A program made the position numbers and the translations under genes. This document shows positions 30,191 through 38,083 of a DNA stretch of 64,000 bases, piece after piece; within the stretch, counting starts at the first letter, position 1, and each line of letters opens with the position of its first letter. Source of the DNA: Bacteroidales bacterium UBA1189. Its GTDB lineage: Bacteria; Bacteroidota; Bacteroidia; Bacteroidales; Bacteroidaceae. The stretch covers positions 14,497-78,496 of the forward strand of contig DBYJ01000015.1 of assembly GCA_002309805.1 (NCBI GenBank), given 5' to 3'. The notes under the pieces were generated by a model. That model was not told the origin of the DNA. It saw only the letters and a list, made by a program, of their open reading frames with translations, and did not search any database.

Positions 30191-32902
30191 CTATTTTTTT
30201 GCAAAAAAACTGAATTCGTGTGTGCCTTGGCCGACATCCACAGAATCCAAGCCAGGCAAGACTACCGTAGCCGTCGAGCCAACTGGGACGGTAAGCGTGA
30301 GGCGATAGCTGTCGTTACCCTGATACTGAATAGCGCTTCGGAGGAGGCCGTAAGGCGTCTGCTTCTCGTAGGCGACACGCGGCAACGTGGGGCTCACGCA
30401 AGGACGGATGATGACATGACGATAGCCGGCCTTCCCAAACTCGGAGTCAAGCCGCACGCCAGCCAAGTCACGATAGAGGCTGACAAGGCCTCCGCCAAAC
30501 ATGGGGTGGTTGCGTGAGTTGTTGCCGTCCCATTGTTCCCACGTTACCGTAGCCCCCTGCTCAATCCAATGCCCAAAGCTAGGGAAGTCACGTTGGCGCA
30601 ACACACGCAAAGCCAGTTCTGTAAGTCCATTTCCACAAAGCACCTCAAAGAGAAAGCGCGTGCCGAAGATGCCCGTGTTGAGATGCCCGTTGTAGGTATC
30701 GCTAATTTCGTGCTCCAACGTACGGACGGCATCGGCTTTCACATTTTCGGGCACGCCCATGTAAAGGGCGAGGACGTTGCTTCCATAGTCGCCATAGCTC
30801 TTGGCTTCGGGGTTATAGAATTTCTTGTGGAATGCCTCACGGGTACGCTCGGCTAAAGCATGATATTTCTCAGCATCCTCCTTATAGCTATTGGGGTGGA
30901 GATTGAGTGGAGTACCAAGCCGTTCAGCAGCGTGCGCGGTAAGCTCGGCGCAGTACCAAAGGTAAAACGTGTGGACGAGCTCATCCTTCGGCAGCCCGAA
31001 GGCAGGAGACCAGTCGCCCAGATTAAGCCAATAGAGCGGTTTGCCGTCGGGTCCTCCCTTTTGCTGGAACATCGTGCCCTCAGGCGTAATCGACTGCTGC
31101 ATGTGGCGCAGCTGCTCCGTCATGGCAAAGTAATTGTCAGTCAGGACGCTCACATCGCCCGTATGGACATAGAGTTCCCAAGGAATGATGTTCATGGCGG
31201 CTCCCCATGCTACGCCGCCTCCGCAGATAGGCTGCCAAGGAGCGCCGTTAGGGACGTAGCCGTCATCGACATTCTGCGTGTCGCGCATGTCGCGCAGCCA
31301 TTTGCGGTAGAAGGCAGATGCATTGAAATTCTCCAACACCATCGGAGAGGCCACCTGACCATCGCCCGTATAAGGAGCGCGCTCACGATGGGGACAGTCG
31401 GAAGCTACGCCACAATGCATATTGTCAATCTGCGACTGCTGCCAGATGGTATTAATTCGGTTAATCAGACGGTCGGAACTAACGAAACGGGCATCAATTG
31501 GTACGTCTGTACCGATGCACTCGGCAGTTATCATTTCGGGTGTCAGATGCTCCACGCCTTTAATGATGGCCTGCGAGAAGACATACCACGCAAAGCGGGC
31601 AGCATACTCCTCTTCGCCCTCACCACGAAAGATGTACTTATCGGTTCCGACAGGTTCTTCGCAGGGGTAGCGGATGTCAAGATCCTGCCCAGCCTTTCCA
31701 CGAATGCCACGCAGATGGAGGCGTCCTGAGATTTCGTGGTCGAACGTAGCTGTCCACTCGCCTGACTTACTGCGGACAAGAGAGATAGGACGAAGCGTCT
31801 CGACAACTCTGTCCGTAGGGGCATCGTGAGCCGTAAGTTCACCATCAGGAGCCTTACGGAGTACAACGGACCGCCAACCAGAGATGTCGCAGCCGACGGA
31901 AGCCCACAACGGTTCCTCCAGACGGGCGTCATAGACTTCGCCTTTGTAGATGTCGTTGCTTTGGATGGGTGACTGCTTGACGAGCCAGCTTTCGTCTGTT
32001 ACAACGAGCTCATGACGTCCGTTGGCATAGGTGATATCGAGCTGACAGATAAAACGCGGCGAGCCGAAAGGCTGCATAAGCCGATGGCTGGGATGCGCCC
32101 AACCATTACCCAGCAACACGCCCACGGCGTTTTCACCTTCATGCACCATCTCTGTAAAGTCATAGGCAAGATACATGATACGATAGTCGCGAAAATGGTC
32201 GCTGATGGGGATGTTGGCTTTATCAAGGCCATCACGATGGGTGAAATTGGTAAAGTTGGGTACATAAAAATCGTCCCCCACCTTCGCGCCATTGGCATAA
32301 AGTTCAAAAAAGCCCATGGCCGAAATGTAGGCTTTCACCTTCTTCACCTTACCTTTTATAATAAAGTCCTTCCGGAACATGGGAGCTATGCTGTCGGCTG
32401 ATGACACCAGTTCGTCTTGCCAAGGAGCGCCAATCCACTTTGCCTGCCAGTCATCAGCTTTCAGCCCAACACCGAAATAAGCGCATTCGCTCCAATCCGA
32501 ACAGACGCCACGTTCGTCCCATATGCGAACTCGCCACCAAGCATCAAGCCTACTCTTCAACTTCTTGCCCCCATAAGAGACCAAATGTGATTCGTCGGAC
32601 AGGATTTTTCCAGACTTCCACAGGTCGGCATGACCCCTACGGAGTATTTCTTTCGACGTTGCCACGCGAATCTCATACGCCGTCTGACGCTTTCCCTTCA
32701 GCGTATCGCTGGTAGGTACGTTTATCCACGAGAAGCGGGGATTGCGGTTATTACTGATCTCCAACGACGAAGGATCTTTCATATCCTCACACGTCAACGA
32801 CTGGGGAGTCATCTCCACCTTTTCCACCTGCCGTGCATCAGCAGCAGACTCCACTACTAGACACGCTATAGCCAACAGGAATAATCGATGCAAAGTCTTC
32901 AT
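30191..32902 (-). CDS. glycoside hydrolase family 78 alpha-L-rhamnosidase, secreted
   Basis: 903 aa with a signal peptide, the N-terminal rhamnosidase domain pattern (NPRFSWINVP...RQTAYEIRVA) and the catalytic (alpha/alpha)6 block DCPHRERAPYTGDGQ. Confidence 0.88.
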   Translation of the reverse strand: MKTLHRLFLLAIACLVVESAADARQVEKVEMTPQSLTCEDMKDPSSLEISNNRNPRFSWINVPTSDTLKGKRQTAYEIRVATSKEILRRGHADLWKSGKILSDESHLVSYGGKKLKSRLDAWWRVRIWDERGVCSDWSECAYFGVGLKADDWQAKWIGAPWQDELVSSADSIAPMFRKDFIIKGKVKKVKAYISAMGFFELYANGAKVGDDFYVPNFTNFTHRDGLDKANIPISDHFRDYRIMYLAYDFTEMVHEGENAVGVLLGNGWAHPSHRLMQPFGSPRFICQLDITYANGRHELVVTDESWLVKQSPIQSNDIYKGEVYDARLEEPLWASVGCDISGWRSVVLRKAPDGELTAHDAPTDRVVETLRPISLVRSKSGEWTATFDHEISGRLHLRGIRGKAGQDLDIRYPCEEPVGTDKYIFRGEGEEEYAARFAWYVFSQAIIKGVEHLTPEMITAECIGTDVPIDARFVSSDRLINRINTIWQQSQIDNMHCGVASDCPHRERAPYTGDGQVASPMVLENFNASAFYRKWLRDMRDTQNVDDGYVPNGAPWQPICGGGVAWGAAMNIIPWELYVHTGDVSVLTDNYFAMTEQLRHMQQSITPEGTMFQQKGGPDGKPLYWLNLGDWSPAFGLPKDELVHTFYLWYCAELTAHAAERLGTPLNLHPNSYKEDAEKYHALAERTREAFHKKFYNPEAKSYGDYGSNVLALYMGVPENVKADAVRTLEHEISDTYNGHLNTGIFGTRFLFEVLCGNGLTELALRVLRQRDFPSFGHWIEQGATVTWEQWDGNNSRNHPMFGGGLVSLYRDLAGVRLDSEFGKAGYRHVIIRPCVSPTLPRVAYEKQTPYGLLRSAIQYQGNDSYRLTLTVPVGSTATVVLPGLDSVDVGQGTHEFSFFAKK

Positions 32903-32941
32903 ATCTTTTTCTTTAACCTTTTTATCTTTAACCCTTAACCT

Positions 32942-33715
32942 TTAACCTTTTTCTCGCCAATCATCAATCAATTTTCGTGCCATACTCTCTGGGCCTGGGA
33001 TAGCTAACGTTCCATCTGCATGACGAGGCAGTTCATCCTTCCGGAAGAAACGGCCGTCCTTCAGCTCACCATCGGAAAACGTCACCTCGCCACTCACGTA
33101 ATCAGCATGGAAGCCAATCATCAGCCCCAGCGGATAGGGCCAAGGCTGACTGCCAAAGTAACGAATATGATTGATAACAAGCGACGTTTCCTCACGAACC
33201 TCGCGAGCCACACATTCCTCGAGGCTCTCGCCCGTTTCCACAAAGCCTGCTACCAAGCCAAAGAAATCGCGGCGAAAGGACTTGGCTTTCACCAACAGCG
33301 CCTCATCGTTCCGATGTACCAGTACAATAATCGCCGTGTTCAGCTGGGGCCAAATCTCCTGCCCACAACCCTCGCACCTTCGGCTGATGGCGGTATTCCA
33401 GCGCATGGGCGCGCCACAGCAACCACAGAATCGCGTATGCTCGCTCCAATAGAGCAGCTCCCACGCTTTCCCTGCCCGCTGATAATCCTCTTCCGACAGC
33501 AAGCGGCTCGCATCCCTTAATCCGACGGGGCGAAGCTCCTCACTCTGCACAACGTCTTCCACTTTCACACGCCCGACAGCCTCATCAGGAGAGAAATCAT
33601 GCAAGGCTGCTTCCTCTGCAAACGGCAAAGATGTATTTGGCAACGACCATTTCTCTTCCGTAGGATTCAACAGGATTCTATCGTCCTCAGTAAACAAATA
33701 GAGCCGCTTTTTCAT
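32942..33715 (-). CDS. nudC: NAD(+) diphosphatase (NADH pyrophosphatase)
   Basis: Zinc ribbon CGCCGAPM...CEGCG followed by the Nudix box GFVETGESLEECVAREVREETSL. Confidence 0.88.
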   Translation of the reverse strand: MKKRLYLFTEDDRILLNPTEEKWSLPNTSLPFAEEAALHDFSPDEAVGRVKVEDVVQSEELRPVGLRDASRLLSEEDYQRAGKAWELLYWSEHTRFCGCCGAPMRWNTAISRRCEGCGQEIWPQLNTAIIVLVHRNDEALLVKAKSFRRDFFGLVAGFVETGESLEECVAREVREETSLVINHIRYFGSQPWPYPLGLMIGFHADYVSGEVTFSDGELKDGRFFRKDELPRHADGTLAIPGPESMARKLIDDWREKG

Positions 33716-33735
33716 AATTCTTCCTCTTTTGGGGA

Positions 33736-33743
33736 CAAAGTTA
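33736..33743 (-). promoter_or_regulatory. -7 promoter box TAACTTTG (minus strand)
   Basis: Lies 20 nt upstream of the nudC start. Confidence 0.45.
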
Positions 33744-33756
33744 ATGTTTTTTTTCT

Positions 33757-33764
33757 TACATTTG
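33757..33764 (+). promoter_or_regulatory. -7 promoter box TACATTTG
   Basis: Lies 20 nt upstream of the ATG at 33785. Confidence 0.45.
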
Positions 33765-33784
33765 CACTCTGAAATGAAAACTCT

Positions 33785-35557
33785 ATGCCATTTATCATGA
33801 AAAAAAGTGTTTTTTACTTGTCCATAACAGCCTTTGCCGCCCTGTTTGCCCTCACGTCCTGTAAGCCTAAGGAATTAGAATTCCGCATTGTAGGCACTTC
33901 AGACGTACATGGCAACTACTATCCCTACGATTTCGTAGCCGACCGTCCGGCAGCAGGTAGCCTCGCGCGTGTCCAAAGCTTTCTACGCGAGCAACGAGCC
34001 ACGTGGGGTGACCGACTCATCTATGTCGATAACGGCGACATCATACAAGGACAGCCCACCTCGTACTACTACAATACCGTCGCCGTCGGAACGCCTCATC
34101 TCGCAGACCAAATGCTCAACTACATGGGCTGCGAAATCGGCACCCTCGGCAATCACGAGATTGAAACTGGAGGCACTACCTATCAACGCTACATCCTCGA
34201 TGCCGACTTCCCCATACTCGGCGCCAACATCATTCTTGATGGTACAGACCATAACTTCATTCCGCCCTATAAAGTCATCGAGCGCCATGGGGTCAAAATT
34301 GCGTTCATCGGAATGCTTACCCCCGCCATCCCCAATTGGTTGCCTCGCGAGCTTTGGCGTGAACTGAAATTCCTCGACATCGAATCATCAGCCCGCCAAT
34401 GGATGGCCTACGTGAAGGAGAAAGTACAGCCCGACGTCATTATCGGCGTATTCCATTCAGGACTTAATGGCGGCATCACCACCGATAGCTACACGGAAAA
34501 TGCTACGGAGCAGGTAGCACGCGAGGTGCCAGGCTTCGATGCCATTATCTTTGGACATGACCATCGCCTCTGCTGCGACTCCGTTGTCAATACTGAAGGC
34601 AAAGCTGTGCCTATCATCAACCCCGCCAATGGTGCCCGCTATGTCTCGCAACTTACGCTAACGCTGAAGAAGGAACACGGCAAGTGGGCCGCGAAGCACA
34701 CCGATGCCGTAAACGTGCCCGTCACGGACTATGACTCCGACCCAGATTTCATGACTACCTTTGCCCCACAGATGGAAGAAGTGAAGAAATACGTCTCCAA
34801 ACGCATCGGCACATTCACAGCTCCGCTTACTACGCAAGACGCCTATTTCGGCCCTTGCCCTTTCATGGACTTCATCCATCAGATGCAGCTCGACATCACC
34901 AGCGCCGACATCTCGCTTGCCGCCCCGCTTTCGTTGAACGCTACCATCAAGGCTGGCGACGTCTATGTGCGGGATATGTTCAACCTCTACCGCTATGAAA
35001 ACATGCTCTACACCATGTTGCTCAAAGGAAGCGAGGTGCGCGACCATCTGGAAATGTCCTACGCCCTTTGGGCCAACCAAATGCGTTCAGCCAACGACCA
35101 CCTCATCCTCTTTGATGAGAATGCGTCTGACAACGGCGACAAGAACACAGGCAAGGGACGTCCGAAATTCAAGAACATCTACTACAACTTCGATACCGCC
35201 GCTGGCATCCGCTATGAGGTTGATGTCACCAAGCCCATCGGCCAGCGCGTCCGCATCCTCAGCATGGCCGACGGTCGCCCATTCGACCCCTCCCAAACCT
35301 ATCGCGTGGCTGTCAACTCCTATCGCGGCAATGGCGGAGGCGAACTGTTGACCCGCGGCGCAGGCATTCCGCAGGAAGAATTGCGCAGCCGTGTCGATTA
35401 TAGCACCGATGCCGACCTCCGCTTCTATATGCTTTCTTACATCGAAGCCCGCGACACCATCGCTCCACGTCCCGTCTGCCAATGGCGCTTCGTCCCCGAG
35501 AAATGGACCATCCCCGCCGCCCAACGCGACAAGGAGCTACTCTTCCCGTCCCATTAA
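33785..35557 (+). CDS. bifunctional metallophosphatase/5'-nucleotidase lipoprotein (UshA/CpdB-like)
   Basis: Lipobox LTSC. Calcineurin-like motifs GTSDVHGN, NGDIIQG, GNHE and GHDH, plus a C-terminal 5'-nucleotidase domain. An alternative start is the MKKS codon at 33797. Confidence 0.88.
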   Translation: MPFIMKKSVFYLSITAFAALFALTSCKPKELEFRIVGTSDVHGNYYPYDFVADRPAAGSLARVQSFLREQRATWGDRLIYVDNGDIIQGQPTSYYYNTVAVGTPHLADQMLNYMGCEIGTLGNHEIETGGTTYQRYILDADFPILGANIILDGTDHNFIPPYKVIERHGVKIAFIGMLTPAIPNWLPRELWRELKFLDIESSARQWMAYVKEKVQPDVIIGVFHSGLNGGITTDSYTENATEQVAREVPGFDAIIFGHDHRLCCDSVVNTEGKAVPIINPANGARYVSQLTLTLKKEHGKWAAKHTDAVNVPVTDYDSDPDFMTTFAPQMEEVKKYVSKRIGTFTAPLTTQDAYFGPCPFMDFIHQMQLDITSADISLAAPLSLNATIKAGDVYVRDMFNLYRYENMLYTMLLKGSEVRDHLEMSYALWANQMRSANDHLILFDENASDNGDKNTGKGRPKFKNIYYNFDTAAGIRYEVDVTKPIGQRVRILSMADGRPFDPSQTYRVAVNSYRGNGGGELLTRGAGIPQEELRSRVDYSTDADLRFYMLSYIEARDTIAPRPVCQWRFVPEKWTIPAAQRDKELLFPSH

Positions 35558-35587
35558 TCCCCTTAGACCCATAAGATTTAATAGAAT

Positions 35588-37738
35588 ATGAAAAAAAGCT
35601 TCGTAACCCTGTTCTTACTTGCACTCTGCTTGAGCGCAGTAGCCCAGCCGTCGGCTACGTACTACCAAACCATCGACGGCCTTAAGAAAGATATTCTGAA
35701 GGACACCCTTCATGCAATTATCAACAGAGGTCGCACCAACGTCAAGTACACAAAGCTCAACGAGAAGTATCCCAGCATCTACTACCTCTACGACGATGAG
35801 AAAGGCAAGGAGACCGCCCGTGTCTACGACTTGTTCAGCGACGAGGTATTCGCATTCACCAGCACTTCTGCATGGAACAAGGAACACGTCATCCCCAAAA
35901 GCTGGTGGGGAACTAAACCTGAAAACGAAAAAGTGGGTGCCTACAACGATATCTTCAGCGTCATACCCTCCCTTTCCACCGCCAATAGCGCCAAAAGCAA
36001 CTATCCCCCTGGGATAGTCGATAAGACTAACCCCAATGATTATAAGGATAGTGGCCGAATGTGGACAGGCCCTGCCACCAACGGCACGGGTGGTTCCTAC
36101 TCGAAAGTGTGGGAGCCCTATGATGACTACAAAGGCGACTTTGCCCGCATCATCATGTACGTCGCCACCTGCTATGCCGACATCGCATGGGGGTCGAACT
36201 CCAATGTGGAGAGCGAATTCAACAAAGAGGTGTGGCCCACTATGAACGAATGGCTTTACAAACTGATGCTCAAGTGGCACAACGATGACCCCGTCAGCGA
36301 AAAGGAAAAGAAAATCAACAACGATGCCTTCGACATTCAGAAGAACCGCAACCCCTTCATCGACTACCCAGCCCTCGCCGACTACATCTGGGGCGACTAC
36401 CAAACGCAGGCTTTTGACCTCTCCTCTGCCCAGCTCTACACCCATATCGGCAGCGGCGAGGCCACCTTCTTCACCGTCACCTATATGGCCAACGGCGGCT
36501 CGGCAGCCCCTGCGGCACAAACCACTCAAGATAGCCGCGTCACCATCACTACCGCTAAGCCCTATCGCATTGGCTATGTCTTCACGGGTTGGAACACCCG
36601 TGAAGACGGTCGCGGACAATCCTACATACCTGGACAGACTTACACCCTCAGCGCCAATGTCACCCTTTATGCTCAATGGGTCGAAAGCGGCGATAATAGT
36701 GAGACGGTTTGGCAACTCGTCACTACCAATGACGAAATCGCAGCAGGTGGCCATTACGTCATCGCCTACAACACGAAGAATGTCGTAGCAGGTACTATTG
36801 AGGAGAAAAAAGACTTCATGAAAGCCGTTTCCGCCACCTTCTCAGACGACAAAACAACTATCGTAACCTTGCCTGACGATGCCCTTGTCTTCACCCTTGA
36901 CGGAACGAACGGTGCTTGGACGCTCACGTGCGATGATGGGCTGCTCGGCACTACGGCAGCAAAGAAGCTTGCCTTCGGCAAAGGGGTCACGGCATGGGAT
37001 ATCACCATTACCGACGGCGTTGTGACCATAGCAAGCACAAATAGCGACTACGGCACCCTGCAGTTTAACGAAGGTACGCCACGTTTCAACACCTACACTT
37101 CTAAACAAAAGCCCGTCCAACTCTACCGACAGGTGGAGAGTTCGCGCCACTATACCGTCACCACCACGGAATTCAACTACGCCACGCTCTTTCTCGATTA
37201 CCCCGTTACCATCCCCGATGGAGCAGAGGTATTCTTCGCCACTCTGACGGACAACCGCGAGGCCGCCATCCTCCACCCCATCACCGACGTCATCCCTGCC
37301 CTGACAGCCGTTATCGTACGCGGTGAAGCGAACACGCCCTACACCTTCGAGGAAACAACCGAAATATCAGCAACCGACGCTTCTGAAAATCTGCTCATCG
37401 GCTACCTTACGAACACCCCTATTACTAGTTCACCAGCCGTCAGCTACTACGCCGTCAACTACCGCGCTGCAAATGGCGAAGTCGGATTCTTTGCCCCCAA
37501 GGGTGCAGGCAATCCCAACGGCAGCTTTACCGCCGTCGCCCACAAGGCCTACCTGAAAGTTAACGGCCAAGCAGCCTCATCGCTCGCTCTCCGCTTCGAT
37601 GACAGCACATCCATCAAAGACCTTAAGAACCCTGAAGACCTTAACGTCTGGTACGACCTCTTTGGCCGCAGGCTAAACACCCAGCCCACACAGAAAGGCA
37701 TCTATATCGTCAACGGACATAAAGTAATCTTGAAATAA
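35588..37738 (+). CDS. secreted endonuclease I family nuclease fused to a Listeria-Bacteroides repeat, an unknown domain and a T9SS C-terminal sorting domain
   Basis: Signal peptide, then endonuclease I blocks (WNKEHVIPKSWW, NRNPFIDYP). An InlB-type B-repeat follows (FTVTYMANGG...YVFTGWNT...TLYAQW). After about 270 aa that I cannot assign, the protein ends in a Por/T9SS sorting domain (...WYDLFGRRLNTQPTQKGIYIVNGHKVILK). Confidence 0.85.
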   Translation: MKKSFVTLFLLALCLSAVAQPSATYYQTIDGLKKDILKDTLHAIINRGRTNVKYTKLNEKYPSIYYLYDDEKGKETARVYDLFSDEVFAFTSTSAWNKEHVIPKSWWGTKPENEKVGAYNDIFSVIPSLSTANSAKSNYPPGIVDKTNPNDYKDSGRMWTGPATNGTGGSYSKVWEPYDDYKGDFARIIMYVATCYADIAWGSNSNVESEFNKEVWPTMNEWLYKLMLKWHNDDPVSEKEKKINNDAFDIQKNRNPFIDYPALADYIWGDYQTQAFDLSSAQLYTHIGSGEATFFTVTYMANGGSAAPAAQTTQDSRVTITTAKPYRIGYVFTGWNTREDGRGQSYIPGQTYTLSANVTLYAQWVESGDNSETVWQLVTTNDEIAAGGHYVIAYNTKNVVAGTIEEKKDFMKAVSATFSDDKTTIVTLPDDALVFTLDGTNGAWTLTCDDGLLGTTAAKKLAFGKGVTAWDITITDGVVTIASTNSDYGTLQFNEGTPRFNTYTSKQKPVQLYRQVESSRHYTVTTTEFNYATLFLDYPVTIPDGAEVFFATLTDNREAAILHPITDVIPALTAVIVRGEANTPYTFEETTEISATDASENLLIGYLTNTPITSSPAVSYYAVNYRAANGEVGFFAPKGAGNPNGSFTAVAHKAYLKVNGQAASSLALRFDDSTSIKDLKNPEDLNVWYDLFGRRLNTQPTQKGIYIVNGHKVILK

Positions 37739-37746
37739 GTGCAGCC

Positions 37747-37899
37747 ATGAAAACCTACATAAAACCTGAGATTATTGCAACCTCCGTTTACCAGCCTGTC
37801 TTTTTGGCTGCCAGCGACGGAGATTTCAAACTCAACAACTTTGAAGGCGACAATCCCTACGATGCTGCTCCATCTTTCAGGCGCACACCGTGGGAATAA
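37747..37899 (+). CDS. candidate 50-aa small ORF (MKTYIKPEIIATSVYQPVFLAASDGDFKLNNFEGDNPYDAAPSFRRTPWE)
   Basis: The ATG lies 9 nt after the nuclease stop on the same strand. The ORF is below the size cut-off of the ORF track. I recognise no homology. Confidence 0.3.
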   Translation: MKTYIKPEIIATSVYQPVFLAASDGDFKLNNFEGDNPYDAAPSFRRTPWE

Positions 37900-37920
37900 G
37901 ATGATTTGCCTCAAAAATCC

Positions 37921-38008
37921 TTAAACTCCAACTAGAGTTTCATTCTCCGCCAGCTGGAGTTTATATCTCCGCCAATTGGAGTTTCATTCTCCGCCAAATG
38001 GAGTTTAA
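37921..38008. repeat. four-unit tandem array, exact 22-bp period (GGAGTTTCATTCTCCGCCAA), bracketed by inverted 9-mers
   Basis: GAGTTT occurs at 37935, 37957, 37979 and 38001. TTAAACTCC (37921-37929) is the reverse complement of GGAGTTTAA (38000-38008). The array lies between convergent genes. Confidence 0.85.
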
Positions 38009-38083
38009 AGAAATCCCCTTCTCCTATTACAATTGTGTCTTACAAATCACGATTGTGATTCGATGCAATCTGGTTAACGTTTC

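Noticed and set aside
35615-36754. 379-aa minus-strand ORF
   Set aside because: It is antisense to the endonuclease I fusion gene and has no motifs.
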